64,000 nucleotides of DNA, from positions 512,001-576,000 of the forward strand of contig OZ243927.1 of the NCBI GenBank assembly GCA_965213925.1, in the 5' to 3' direction. A program made the translations under genes and the position numbers. The notes beneath the pieces are model-generated. The model saw nothing but the letters and a program-made list of their open reading frames with translations. It was not told where the DNA came from and made no database searches. Source of the stretch: Trueperaceae bacterium (GTDB lineage Bacteria; Deinococcota; Deinococci; Deinococcales; Trueperaceae). This document shows, piece by piece, positions 20,510 to 30,900 of the stretch (position 1 is the stretch's first letter; each line of letters begins with the position of its first letter).

Positions 20510-21472
20510 ATGACCCGCTCGGCGCTACCTCCTGTCTGCATCGCGATACCTGTTTATAACGGCGCGCGCTATCTCCGTGAGGCTGTCCGCAGCGCCCTAG
20601 CGCAGAGCTATCAAAACGTGCGGGTCATCGTCGTGGACAACGCCTCGACGGACCAAACAGGGGCGATCCTCGCCTCGGTCCAAGACGACCGGTTCACCCC
20701 CTTTTACTTCAGCGACCACGTCCCCGTTGACGAGAGTTGGGACCGCGCCGCGAAGTTGGCGTCAAAACGCGGAGACTACGTTTTGATGCTCCCCGCCGAC
20801 GACACGCTGATGCCAGACGCGGTGGAGAGGCTCGTGTCTGCGTTTCTCGAGCACCCTGAGTGCGGCGTCGCTTATGGTCAGGTCGAGATTTTGAAAGAGG
20901 GCACTGGGAAGCGCGTTTTCGGTCAGGCGCTCCTCCCGCCTAAAGTAGGTCACATAAGAGACCTGGAGCGACGCCTGCTGCTATTCGGCAGCACCATATT
21001 CATTACCGCGACACTCTTTAGGTGCCGAGACCGAGAGCTTAGCTTCCGCGCGGGCAGCGTCCACGCCTGCGACATCGACCTTCTGCTTAGCCTCGGGAAA
21101 GAGGGCGTTCAGGCTGTCGGCATCGGCGCTCCGGTCGCCATCTACCGCGAACACGGCGCGGCCCTCTCCAGTGAACGGGAGGCGGCCTGGTCTTATATGC
21201 TGGAGGTGCTCACCTACCACGCCGCGACCTCTAAGCGCCGCGCTCTATACCGCTACCGCATCAGCCGAATCATGCTCTGGGTCGTGGTGTATCTCGTCGA
21301 GGTCGGCAGGCGGGACAGGGCCCGCCACTACCTGCAGACGTACCAACCCTACTTGGGTTGGACCACGCGCTTTATGCTCGAGAGCATCGTCGCAGTGCCC
21401 GCGCTGAGACTCTTTCCCAAACTGCTCAGGTCGTGGCTCGCGCAGCTCGTGAGGTTGAGAGAGCGGGCTTAG
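20510..21472 (+). CDS. Glycosyltransferase family 2
   Basis: IPVYNGARYL, VVDNASTD, ADD. Confidence 0.92.
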   Translation: MTRSALPPVCIAIPVYNGARYLREAVRSALAQSYQNVRVIVVDNASTDQTGAILASVQDDRFTPFYFSDHVPVDESWDRAAKLASKRGDYVLMLPADDTLMPDAVERLVSAFLEHPECGVAYGQVEILKEGTGKRVFGQALLPPKVGHIRDLERRLLLFGSTIFITATLFRCRDRELSFRAGSVHACDIDLLLSLGKEGVQAVGIGAPVAIYREHGAALSSEREAAWSYMLEVLTYHAATSKRRALYRYRISRIMLWVVVYLVEVGRRDRARHYLQTYQPYLGWTTRFMLESIVAVPALRLFPKLLRSWLAQLVRLRERA

Positions 21473-21573
21473 CCGCCCAGGAGGTCACACCGGATGAGTC
21501 AAACTACCGTCAACCCTACCTGTAGGCGTTATCCCAAGGACATAGAACGCCGCACCGTTTCTACCGCCGCATC

Positions 21574-22332
21574 GTGACCGAGCACCGCTACATCCTCGGG
21601 ATGCGCGTCGACGCGACCAGCTACGAAGACGCGGCCGCTCGAGTTTTGCGCTGGTCGGAGGAGAGGTCCGGTCGTTACGTCTGCGTGGCTACCGTACATA
21701 TGGTCATGGAAAGCCACGACTCGCCTGAGTTCAAGCGCATAGTGAACGGCGCTGACCTCGTCACATCGGATGGTATGCCGCTCGTGTGGATGCTCAACAG
21801 GCTAGGCGTAGAGAATCAGACGCGGGTCTACGGTCCGACGCTCACCCTAGAAATTTGCAAAGAGGCGGAGCAGGCTGCTGTGCCCGTCGGGTTTTACGGC
21901 GCAAGCCCCGCTACGTTAGGCGCGCTCACGCAGAACCTTCAGGCGTCCTTCCCGAATTTGAACATCAGCTACGCCTATTCGCCGCCCTTCAGACCGCTCA
22001 CCCCGGCGGAAGATGAGCAGATCGTTGCCGATATCAAAGCGTCCGGGGCGAGAATCCTCTTTGTCGGTCTAGGCTGCCCCAGGCAAGAGCGGTGGATGGT
22101 CGAACACGCCGAGCGGCTTCCCGTGGTGATGCTCGGGGTCGGCGCGGCGTTCGACTTCCACGCCGGCAGCGTCAAGCAAGCGCCCGCCTGGATGCAGGGC
22201 CGCGGACTCGAGTGGCTCTTTAGGCTCGCGGTCGAACCGAGACGCCTCTGGCGGCGCTACTTCAAACACAATCCTCGCTTTCTCGCCCTAGCCGCCCTGC
22301 AGCTTTGGCGTCACCGAAGGAGCCGCGCCTAA
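21574..22332 (+). CDS. WecG/TagA/CpsF-family glycosyltransferase (GT26)
   Basis: SDGMPL, RVYGP, VGLGCPRQE, GVGAAFDF, GLEWLFRL..EPRRLWRRY. Confidence 0.95.
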   Translation: MTEHRYILGMRVDATSYEDAAARVLRWSEERSGRYVCVATVHMVMESHDSPEFKRIVNGADLVTSDGMPLVWMLNRLGVENQTRVYGPTLTLEICKEAEQAAVPVGFYGASPATLGALTQNLQASFPNLNISYAYSPPFRPLTPAEDEQIVADIKASGARILFVGLGCPRQERWMVEHAERLPVVMLGVGAAFDFHAGSVKQAPAWMQGRGLEWLFRLAVEPRRLWRRYFKHNPRFLALAALQLWRHRRSRA

Positions 22333-22427
22333 AGCTAGCTGAGTGACACTAGAGGGACGCCCCCCTATATCAACCTCCAGAAACAACCGACTGAGGTGCC
22401 TTAATACGTTGTGATCCGCCCTTACCC

Positions 22428-22461
22428 TTTCACACAACCTTAATTAAAGGCGCGGTATACT
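22428..22461 (+). promoter_or_regulatory. Direct-repeat box TTTCAC-N5-CTTAAT followed by TATACT -10
   Basis: tttcacacaaccttaattaaaggcgcggtatact; same layout upstream of the paralog at 37813-37847. Confidence 0.6.
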
Positions 22462-22717
22462 TTAATCCTGTTAGAAAGTTACCTCCTTACAGGACTGTAA
22501 CAGCTAATCCAGATCGCGATTATCTGAAATAAGCTGAGTTAGCAGCGCAACGGTGTAGACACTTGGCGGTGCGCCGCCTTCAATCCAACGCCACGTCAGT
22601 GGCGTCGTCTTCTATAGTCAGGTTAGGCCGAAATCTTTTGGGAAAGAGGGTGAGCGTGTGGAGTATAGGACCCGTAGGTATACAACTAGGTTTATAAAAG
22701 TCGAGTATATTAGATTT

Positions 22718-24415
22718 ATGTCCCTTTTGATGGTGCTTTGTGCCCTGATCGCTTGCAGCGGTTTGGACGCATCTCTGACTGAGGATGAGGCTCATACGCA
22801 GACTCGTAATGGGCTCGTGACGCTCGAGGCGGAAGCGTTCCACGCCAACACCTCGCCGGGTCTTCATACGTGGCGACCTCTCCTTGACGGCGACGCCTCG
22901 GGCGGCGAAGTCATGCAGGCCCTGCCCAACGAGGGTGAGAACCGCGAGCAGGACTACACCTCGAGCAGCCCCCGCTTGGACTACACCGTCGACTTCAACC
23001 GCGCGGGCGTGCATTACGTGTGGGTGCGCGGCAAGGCGGCGGGTGAACCGGCGGAGAGCGACTCCGTTCACGTGGGCTTAGACGCCGCGGCGCAGCGCGG
23101 CGCTGAGCACGTCAGCGGTTTTGGCGCGGACTTCACGTGGGAAAAAGGAACAGCGGACGAACCCGCCGCCCAAATCAGCGTTCCTTCGGCGGGACGGCAT
23201 ACCCTTAACGTATGGATGCGCGAGGACGGCTTCGTCCTCGATAAGGTCATCTTAACCCCCGACGCGAACTTCACGCCGCACGCTGTAGCGGAGGACGGTG
23301 GAGAGGATGCTGTCACGAAAATTTCTTTCAGCGCTCCTCTCGTCATCTCAGAGGGCGGTACCTATAGTGGGAACTGGGAGAGCCAAGACCCGGACGAACC
23401 CGCCGTAGTTATCAAGACTTCCGAGCCCGTTGTGATAGAAGATGCGACCATACGCAGTCGCGGACATCTCATCTATACCGAACACGGCCGCAACGCCGAT
23501 GTGACCGTGCGCAACGTCAAGGGGTACGGACTCAATCCCGACCGCTCCGGTCAGCACGCGGGCAGGTTCTTGGTCGCGGACACCTACGCCTTTGTGCGCG
23601 TCGAGAACTCGTATTTAGAGGGCACGTCCGGCATCTGGCTGCACCACTCGCGGCCTAGAGCGACCGTTAAAATCTTGCGTAACAGCGCGCTGAATATAGA
23701 CGGCCGGCTGAGCGACGGCGCGGGGGGCTGGCGAGGCGGCAACGACTCCAAGGTTCAGTTCGTCCAGTTCGATAAGGGTGTCAACCTCGTCGACACCGAG
23801 GTCGCCTGGAACCAGATTATCAACGAGCCCTATAAGAGTCGAGTCGAGGATGTCATCAACATATACCGGACCAACGGTACGGCGTCTAGCCCTATTCGCA
23901 TTCACAACAACTACATCCAAGGCGCGTATCCAGCGAACCCCGCGAAAGATGACTTCAGCGGCGGCGGCATCTTGTTGGGCGACGCGGGCGGCGCGCACCT
24001 CCACGCCTTCAACAACCAAGTTGTCTCGACCGCGAACTACGGCGTCGCTATCGCGGGGGGGAAAAACAACAAGATTTACAATAACCGGGTCCTCTCTTCA
24101 GGGCGGCTCGCTGACGGCACCCCTATCGCCTCGCAAAACGTCGGCATCTACATCTGGAACCAGCACTCGGCTGACTACGGCAAAAATGTCGGCTACGGCA
24201 ACCTGAGCGGTTGGGTTAAAGAGGAGTACACCTGGAACGGCGGGCGAAACGACTGGTGGGTGCCCGACGCTTCGCAGTGGAAGGACAACGAACACTGGCG
24301 CGGAAAGATAACGCGGCAAACAGAAACTGAAGAGTTTAGACGCTTCCGAGTCAAGCTCACCCAGGCGGATATCGTGGTCGGACTCGTCGACGAAGAATCC
24401 TTAGCGCAGCAGTGA
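22718..24415 (+). CDS. Lipoprotein: CBM-like beta-sandwich + right-handed beta-helix (putative polysaccharide lyase/hydrolase)
   Basis: Lipobox LIAC; LEAEAF...YVWVRG...LNVWMREDGFVLDK module; Asn-rich IxNN repeats; paralog of 35387-37633. Confidence 0.75.
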   Translation: MSLLMVLCALIACSGLDASLTEDEAHTQTRNGLVTLEAEAFHANTSPGLHTWRPLLDGDASGGEVMQALPNEGENREQDYTSSSPRLDYTVDFNRAGVHYVWVRGKAAGEPAESDSVHVGLDAAAQRGAEHVSGFGADFTWEKGTADEPAAQISVPSAGRHTLNVWMREDGFVLDKVILTPDANFTPHAVAEDGGEDAVTKISFSAPLVISEGGTYSGNWESQDPDEPAVVIKTSEPVVIEDATIRSRGHLIYTEHGRNADVTVRNVKGYGLNPDRSGQHAGRFLVADTYAFVRVENSYLEGTSGIWLHHSRPRATVKILRNSALNIDGRLSDGAGGWRGGNDSKVQFVQFDKGVNLVDTEVAWNQIINEPYKSRVEDVINIYRTNGTASSPIRIHNNYIQGAYPANPAKDDFSGGGILLGDAGGAHLHAFNNQVVSTANYGVAIAGGKNNKIYNNRVLSSGRLADGTPIASQNVGIYIWNQHSADYGKNVGYGNLSGWVKEEYTWNGGRNDWWVPDASQWKDNEHWRGKITRQTETEEFRRFRVKLTQADIVVGLVDEESLAQQ

Positions 24416-24450
24416 GGTTCGTCCGGGTATTCGCTTATAGGCTCAAAATC

Positions 24451-24486
24451 AGCGAGGGGTGGACGATGTCCACCCCTCGCTTTCTC
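24451..24486 (+). terminator. Intrinsic terminator
   Basis: Perfect 14-bp stem agcgaggggtggac/gtccacccctcgct followed by T-rich tail. Confidence 0.75.
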
Positions 24487-24531
24487 TAAGGCTACGTTGT
24501 TTCACTCAAACTCAACACAGGTGAGCTTAAT

Positions 24532-24742
24532 TACAGTGTTAAGTAAAAAACGACTTATGTCATTCTGAACGCAACGAAGTGGAGTGAAAGAATCTCTGCA
24601 TTTGCCTTCTTGTCTGACAGAGAAGGAAAGACGAGACCCTTACGCCCCTATCGTTCTCACTTCGTTCGGACCCGCCGGACTTCGTCTGACTGCGTGAACA
24701 GGGTGACATGCTAATAGGTAGCAAAACTTGCTCAACGCTGTA
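24532..24742. repeat. Nested repeat family A, copy 4 (inner 24558-24708)
   Basis: tacagtgttaagtaa / ttgctcaacgctgta outer IR; tgtcattctgaac...aagaatctct...aagacgagacccttacg...cgtgaacagggtgaca. Confidence 0.8.
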
Positions 24743-24795
24743 CTTAACGGATAAGCTTAGTACAGCGGAAACGACTGTCGCCGCAACCGCTTAGG

Positions 24796-25773
24796 CTAAG
24801 CGAGTTCTCTTTGGGTGTTTTTGACCTGCTGCTCGATCCAGCGGTAGGTGCGCTCCAGACCTTCGGCGAGCGGTTTCGACGGAGACCAGCCGAGGGTCTC
24901 GCGGATAAGGGTGTTGTCCGAGTTTCTTCCCTTGACCCCTAAAGGACCGCTGATGTGTCTGATTTCTAGGTCTTTGTCCGCTATCTGCATGGCGAGTTCG
25001 GCTAAGCGGTTGATGGACACCATCTCTTCCGAGCCTAGGTTAAGGGGTCCAGGAAAATCCGCCTCCATAATCCGTTTCATACCTTCCAAGCACTCTTCGA
25101 CGTGTAAAAATGAGCGCGTCTGGGTTCCGTCGCCCCAAATCTCTACGGTGCCGCCTGGCTCGGCCTCGGCTACCTTCCGGCAGATCGCGGCAGGGGCCTT
25201 TTCGCGTCCGCCCGTCCAGGTACCTTCTTCACCGAAGATGTTGTGAAAGCGGACCACCCGAACGTCGATATCGTGGTTGCGCGCGTAGGTGAAGTAGAGC
25301 CGCTCGCTGAAGAGTTTTTCCCAGCCGTATTCGCTGTCGGGCGCAGCGGGGTAGGCTGAGTCCTCGGCTGTCACGGGTTGGTCGGGGTTCATCTGGTTCC
25401 GCTCGGGGTAGATGCACGCGGAAGAGGAGTAGAACACCTTGCCCACGCCGTGCGTGCGCAGCATCTCGAGCATGTTGAGGTTGATCATCGCCGAGTTGTG
25501 CATGATGGCGGCGTCGTTGTCGCCGGTAAAAACAAAGCCCGCCCCGCCCATGTCGGCGGCGAGCTGATAGACCTCGTCGAAACGTCCGTCGCAGACGCTT
25601 TGACATACGCGGGGGTCGCGGAGGTCGCCAACAACGAAGTCATCGGCGTGCGTCTCACTGAATTCCGGTTTTTTCAGGTCGACGCCGCGCACCCAAGCGC
25701 CTTCAGCTTTCAGCCGCTTGACCAAATGACTCCCGATAAAACCGCCCGCCCCACAAACTAATACCTTTTTCAC
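24796..25773 (-). CDS. GDP-mannose 3,5-epimerase-like SDR
   Basis: GAGGFIG, LAADMGGAGF, YSSSACIYP, YGWEKL, GGREKAPAAICRK, GVKGRNSDN. Confidence 0.9.
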   Translation of the reverse strand: MKKVLVCGAGGFIGSHLVKRLKAEGAWVRGVDLKKPEFSETHADDFVVGDLRDPRVCQSVCDGRFDEVYQLAADMGGAGFVFTGDNDAAIMHNSAMINLNMLEMLRTHGVGKVFYSSSACIYPERNQMNPDQPVTAEDSAYPAAPDSEYGWEKLFSERLYFTYARNHDIDVRVVRFHNIFGEEGTWTGGREKAPAAICRKVAEAEPGGTVEIWGDGTQTRSFLHVEECLEGMKRIMEADFPGPLNLGSEEMVSINRLAELAMQIADKDLEIRHISGPLGVKGRNSDNTLIRETLGWSPSKPLAEGLERTYRWIEQQVKNTQRELA

Positions 25774-26003
25774 CGTGTCCTCCTGACCCTGGGTACCTTA
25801 CATCACTTTCACACTTCAGCTCAAGGGCGCTCTAAGCTACTCGCTACGTTTCAGAAGCTCACTATTTAGAGGCTTACTGCCGCAGTGATCCCTCGAGTCA
25901 GCCTAGAAACACCCGGAGCGATTGAAGCGTCTCTTCGCCTCGCGTGCACTTTATTTAGTGTAGAGGCTTTTTACGGTCGCGGGGTTGGCTACGCTAACAG
26001 GAA

Positions 26004-26020
26004 GTTCACCCAACCTTAAT
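26004..26020 (+). promoter_or_regulatory. Direct-repeat box GTTCAC-N5-CTTAAT
   Basis: gttcacccaaccttaat, 15/17 identical to the 22428 site; upstream of the priming transferase. Confidence 0.55.
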
Positions 26021-26421
26021 AGATGATGAGTTGGTGAACGAAACGCCTTTAAGTGTTGTGAAAAATGTTATAGCATATGAGATGTGAATTTGCTAAGCGA
26101 AACAGCTTGTGACGCGGCAATTTCACAACACTCTAGGGGAGAAGGATATAAGCGTTACCGCACTTTGGTCACCGGGCAGCTTATTCTACACGAAGTGCGC
26201 CGTTCTACCAGACTTCATGCATTCAAATTATGCATTCAAATAAGGTGCTACCTGCGCACGGTACTCAGCGCGCACCGGTAAGTTCACGCTTACCTTCGTG
26301 CGTGAAATACACCCTTTAGAGCATTCGGCGGAGAATGAGCACGTAGACCGCCCGGTCTCTATTCGTGAAGGAGCGCCTGACAGACCGACAAGCCCACTTT
26401 TCGTTGGACGGAGCTAACATC

Positions 26422-27861
26422 ATGCAGTTGTCACGCAATTTACTCTCTCAGGCTCGCAACTTTCAGCGCTTGGGGGTCTATACGCCACTAAGCTACGCCA
26501 TTTCAGACCTCGCCATGCTGGTCTTAGCCGCCTGGCTCGGCGGTCAACTTTGGTCGCTCGTCAACAGCCAAGTCGACCCCAGGGTCCTCTACCAGTTGTG
26601 GCCCCTTCTATTTATCTTCCCCTTCGCCTTCGCCCGCGCCGACCTCTATAGCGGCGGGGTCAGTCCCGTAGTCGAATTTGCCCGGCTCGGGAATCTCACG
26701 ACGATCGTCTATCTCACTGCACTCTTAGTAAGCTTTCTTATCGAAAACATCAGCCTCGACTCCAGGGGCGTTTTTCTGACGAGTTGGGGTTTGACCCTTC
26801 TGCTTTTGCCTACAGGTCGAAGCGTGCTCCGCGACCTCTTCGCTGACAGGGCGTGGTGGGGCACGCCGACCGTCATCCTCGGCTCCGGCAGCGCCGCCGC
26901 CTCGGTGTGCGAACAGCTTATAGGCAAACCCGGCAGCGGCTTTAAGCCGGTCGCTTGCTTCGGTCAGGGCTACGACAGCGCCACCGAACTGTACGGCGTG
27001 CCCGTGATCGGGCCCATCACCTCGGCGACGGCTTGGGCCAAGCAGCGCGGCGTCAACCACGCCATCGTCGCCATGCCCGAAGTGCAGAGCGACGAACTGC
27101 TCGACATCATCCACCGCCACACCGAAGCGTTTCCTCACCTCATCTTCGTGTCGCAACTCTTCGGTCAGGTCGGGCTGTCGGTGTCGCGGCAAGAACTCGG
27201 GCAAACCCTAGGACTTCAGATTCAGCGCAACTTATTGCTGCCGGGAAACCGCCTTCTCAAGCGCGCGGTGGACCTGCTCATCACGGTGCCGCTCTGCGTC
27301 TTAGCGCTACCCATCGTGGCGCTCGCCGCGCTCGCCATCATGTGGGTAAGCCCAGGCTCGCCCTTCTATTTTCAGCTTCGCGAGGGCTATAGGGGACGCA
27401 AAGTGCGCGTTTGGAAGCTGCGCACGATGTACCTCGACGCCGAAACGCGGCTCGAGGAAACGCTCGCCAAGGACCCTGCGCTGCGCGCCGAGTGGGAGCG
27501 CTTCTATAAGATTAAGGACGACCCCCGCGTGCTGCCCGTCGTCGGCGACGTGCTGCGCAAGCTGAGCCTCGACGAGTTGCCGCAGCTCTACAACGTGCTC
27601 ATCGGCGAGATGAGCCTAGTGGGACCGCGCCCCTTTCCTTACTACCACCTCGAGCAGTTCGGCGCGGACTTCCGCTCGCTGCGGCGCGAAGCCCTGCCCG
27701 GCATCACCGGGCTGTGGCAGGTTTCGGAGCGCAGCGACGGCGACCTAGCAGTTCAGGAGAAGCTCGACAGCTACTACATCCGCGACTGGTCCATCTGGTT
27801 CGACCTCTATCTGCTCGCCCGCACGCCCATCGCCGTGTTCTTCGGCAAGGGAGCCTATTAG
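26422..27861 (+). CDS. Undecaprenyl-phosphate sugar-1-phosphate transferase (WbaP/WcaJ-like priming GT)
   Basis: N-terminal TMs, Rossmann-like middle; KRAVD, KLRTM, DDPRV, SLDELPQL, MSLVGPRP, PGITGLWQV. Confidence 0.93.
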   Translation: MQLSRNLLSQARNFQRLGVYTPLSYAISDLAMLVLAAWLGGQLWSLVNSQVDPRVLYQLWPLLFIFPFAFARADLYSGGVSPVVEFARLGNLTTIVYLTALLVSFLIENISLDSRGVFLTSWGLTLLLLPTGRSVLRDLFADRAWWGTPTVILGSGSAAASVCEQLIGKPGSGFKPVACFGQGYDSATELYGVPVIGPITSATAWAKQRGVNHAIVAMPEVQSDELLDIIHRHTEAFPHLIFVSQLFGQVGLSVSRQELGQTLGLQIQRNLLLPGNRLLKRAVDLLITVPLCVLALPIVALAALAIMWVSPGSPFYFQLREGYRGRKVRVWKLRTMYLDAETRLEETLAKDPALRAEWERFYKIKDDPRVLPVVGDVLRKLSLDELPQLYNVLIGEMSLVGPRPFPYYHLEQFGADFRSLRREALPGITGLWQVSERSDGDLAVQEKLDSYYIRDWSIWFDLYLLARTPIAVFFGKGAY

Positions 27862-27989
27862 GGTGTGTTAGCGTTAGGTAACTAAAAGGTCGCGATTTAA
27901 TAGGAGAAGGTTCAGCGAGGTCGGTCTGCTCGTCCGGCTGGCTCGCCCTCTCCCAGAGGGCGCATTCACAACGACCGTTACGGAGGGTT

Positions 27990-29078
27990 ATGAAAGTTTT
28001 AGTCACAGGTACAGAGGGTTATCTGGGGTCGCTGTTGCCGCCGCTCCTCGTGGAGGCGGGACACGAGGTGATCGGCGTTGACACGGGCTTCTACAAGGGG
28101 GGCTGGCTCTATAACGGTACGACGCTCAGTGCTCAGACGCTGTGTAAAGACATTCGCCACCTGACGCGCAGGGACCTTGAAGGGGTCGGGGCTGTGGTGC
28201 ACATGGCGGAGCTTTCGAACGATCCCCTCGGGCAACTCGCCCCGGACATCACGCTCGAGATCAACCACGAAGCGTCGCTCCGGCTCGCGCAACTCGCGAA
28301 GGAGGCGGGCGCGGCGCGCTTTATCTACACCTCGTCGTGCAGCGTCTACGGCGTCGCCGAGGAAGAGGTCGTGGACGAGCGTTCCCCGGTCAACCCGCAG
28401 ACGACCTACGCGCTCTGCAAAACGTTGGTGGAAAGGGACGTGGCGGCGCTGGCGGACGAGGCGTTTTCGCCGACCTTCTTGCGCAACGCCACCGCCTTCG
28501 GCGCGTCCCCGCGGATGCGCTTCGACATCGTGCTCAACAATCTGTCGGGCTGGGCCTGGACGACGGGCGAGATCAAGATGACGAGCGACGGGTCGCCGTG
28601 GCGTCCCCTCGTCCACGCGCTCGACATCTGCAACGCCGTCCTCTGCACGCTGCGCGCGCCGCGCGAGCGGGTCCACAACCAAATCCTCAACGTCGGCGAC
28701 AGCCGCTTCAACTACCGCGTTAGGGACATAGCGGAGATCGTCGCGGACGTCTTTCCGGGCTGCAGCCTCAGCTTGGGAGAGCGGGGCGGGGACAACCGCA
28801 GCTACCGCGTCTCGTTCGACAAAATTCACGACGTCTTACCCGACTTCCGCTGCGCCTGGGACGCTGAGCGCGGCGCTCGGCAGCTCCGCGACGTCTTCGC
28901 GCACATCGAGATGAGGCGCGAGGACTTCGAGCTGCCCGCTTTTACCCGTTTGAGGCAGCTCGAGCATCTGCTCAACACGAAGCAGCTCGACGAGCGCTTC
29001 TTCTGGCGGCAGCCGGGTAGCGCGGAGGTAAGCGAAGCTGACAGCCCACCTAGCGTAGAAGGCGTGGCTTCTCAGTGA
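27990..29078 (+). CDS. NAD-dependent NDP-sugar epimerase/dehydratase
   Basis: GTEGYLG, AELSNDP, SSCSVYG, YALCK, RNATAFG. Confidence 0.92.
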   Translation: MKVLVTGTEGYLGSLLPPLLVEAGHEVIGVDTGFYKGGWLYNGTTLSAQTLCKDIRHLTRRDLEGVGAVVHMAELSNDPLGQLAPDITLEINHEASLRLAQLAKEAGAARFIYTSSCSVYGVAEEEVVDERSPVNPQTTYALCKTLVERDVAALADEAFSPTFLRNATAFGASPRMRFDIVLNNLSGWAWTTGEIKMTSDGSPWRPLVHALDICNAVLCTLRAPRERVHNQILNVGDSRFNYRVRDIAEIVADVFPGCSLSLGERGGDNRSYRVSFDKIHDVLPDFRCAWDAERGARQLRDVFAHIEMRREDFELPAFTRLRQLEHLLNTKQLDERFFWRQPGSAEVSEADSPPSVEGVASQ

Positions 29079-30358
29079 ACCCCGACGCAACGCTCTCCAC
29101 CTCCCCTGCGGTTTCGGAAACAGCGCCTGATCTGCTCTGCCGCTTCTGCGGCGCGACGCTGGCACACCGCTTTGCCGACTTAGGCGCACAACCGCTCTGC
29201 GAAAGCTACCTCAGCGCCGCCGCCCTGCATGCGCCCGAGCCCTTCTATCCCCTCACCGCTTACGTGTGCGCCGAGTGCCTGCTCGTACAGGTCGAGGCGT
29301 TCGAGAGTCCCGAGGCTATTTTCAGCGACTACGCCTACTTCTCCTCCTACTCGACGAGTTGGCTCGAGCACGCTAAGCGCTACGCCGAGAGGGTCACGGA
29401 CCGCTTCGGGCTCGGTCAGGAAAGTTTAGTCGTCGAGCTTGCCAGCAACGACGGATATCTGCTCAAAAACTTCGTAGAGCGTGGCATTCCCGCCCTCGGC
29501 ATCGACCCGGCGGCGAACGTTGCTGAGGTCGCCGAGTCACGCGGCGTGCCTACGCTGGTCGCGTTTTTCGGCAGCGAGGTCGCCCGCAAGCTCGCCCGAG
29601 AGGGCAAAAGAGCGGACCTCATCGTCGCGAACAACGTCCTAGCGCACACGCCCCACCTCAACGACTTCGTCGCCGGCATCAAGCTGCTGCTCAAACCGGA
29701 CGGCGCGGCGACGCTCGAGTTCCCCCACCTCCTCACGCTCATCCGGGAGAACCAGTTCGACACCATCTACCACGAGCACTTCTCCTACCTCTCGCTGCTG
29801 AGCGTCGAGCGAATCTTCGCGGCGCACGGCCTAGCGCTCTTCGACGCCGAAGAACTTCCGACGCACGGCGGCTCGCTGCGCATCTACGTTCGGCACGTAG
29901 AGTCGGAAGCGTTAGAGACCGCCTCGAGCCTAGAGGCGCTCCGAGAGAAGGAGCGAGCGGCGCACCTGGACACGCTCGCGCCTTATCTGGCCTTCAACGA
30001 GCAAGCCGCGAAAACCAAGCATAAGCTTCTGAGCCTCCTCATCGAGCTTAAAGGGACGGGCGCGAGCATCGCGGGCTACGGCGCGCCCGGCAAGGGCAAC
30101 ACGCTCCTCAACTACTGCGGCGTCCGGGGCGACTTCCTCGACTACACGGTCGACCGCAACCCCTACAAGCAGGGTCTCTTCTTGCCCGGCACCCACATCC
30201 CCATCCACGCGCCGGAGAAAATCTACGAGACGAAACCCGACTTCGTGCTAATCCTCCCCTGGAACCTCAAGGATGAGATCATGGACCAGATGGCGTCGAT
30301 TCGCGACTGGGGCGGGAGGTTCATCGTGCCTATCCCGGAGGCGAGCATCGTACCGTGA
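29075..30358 (+). CDS. NDP-hexose C-methyltransferase (Zn-binding, class I SAM)
   Basis: CRFCG..CAEC, ELASNDG, NNVLAH, FDTIYHEH, THGGSLR, GYGAPGKG, LPWN. Confidence 0.92.
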   Translation: MNPDATLSTSPAVSETAPDLLCRFCGATLAHRFADLGAQPLCESYLSAAALHAPEPFYPLTAYVCAECLLVQVEAFESPEAIFSDYAYFSSYSTSWLEHAKRYAERVTDRFGLGQESLVVELASNDGYLLKNFVERGIPALGIDPAANVAEVAESRGVPTLVAFFGSEVARKLAREGKRADLIVANNVLAHTPHLNDFVAGIKLLLKPDGAATLEFPHLLTLIRENQFDTIYHEHFSYLSLLSVERIFAAHGLALFDAEELPTHGGSLRIYVRHVESEALETASSLEALREKERAAHLDTLAPYLAFNEQAAKTKHKLLSLLIELKGTGASIAGYGAPGKGNTLLNYCGVRGDFLDYTVDRNPYKQGLFLPGTHIPIHAPEKIYETKPDFVLILPWNLKDEIMDQMASIRDWGGRFIVPIPEASIVP

Positions 30359-30885
30359 AGTTTTCCGAAACGCCGATTGCGGGAGCTTTCGTCATTGACC
30401 TCGAGCCGCACCGAGACGAGCGCGGCTCCTTCGCTCGCGCGTTCTGCCAGCAGGAATTCGCGGCGCACGGACTCAATCCGGCGGTGGCGCAGTGCAACCT
30501 CTCTCATAACGCAAAGCGGGGCACGCTGCGCGGCCTGCACTACCAAGCCGCGCCGCACGGCGAAGCCAAGCTGGTGCGCTGTATCCGAGGTGCGATCTAC
30601 GACGTCATCGTCGACTTGCGCCCCGACTCGCCCTCGTTCAAAACGCACGTGAGCGCCGAACTCTCCGAGCGCAACGGCCGCGCCCTCTACGTCCCGGAGG
30701 GGGTAGCGCACGGCTTTCTGACGCTCGAGGACGACAGTGACATCTTCTACCAGATGTCGACGCCGTACCACCCTGAAGCGGCGCGCGGCGTACGCTGGGA
30801 CGACCCCACTTTCGGCGTCCCCTGGCCTGAAAGCGTCCGCGTCATCTCCGAACGCGACGCGACCTACCCGGACACGGTGCTTTAG
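30355..30885 (+). CDS. rfbC: dTDP-4-dehydrorhamnose 3,5-epimerase family
   Basis: DERGSF, GTLRGLHYQ, DVIVDLR, GVAHGF, SERD. Confidence 0.93.
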   Translation: MKFSETPIAGAFVIDLEPHRDERGSFARAFCQQEFAAHGLNPAVAQCNLSHNAKRGTLRGLHYQAAPHGEAKLVRCIRGAIYDVIVDLRPDSPSFKTHVSAELSERNGRALYVPEGVAHGFLTLEDDSDIFYQMSTPYHPEAARGVRWDDPTFGVPWPESVRVISERDATYPDTVL

Positions 30886-30900
30886 AATGGGTGCTTTAGG

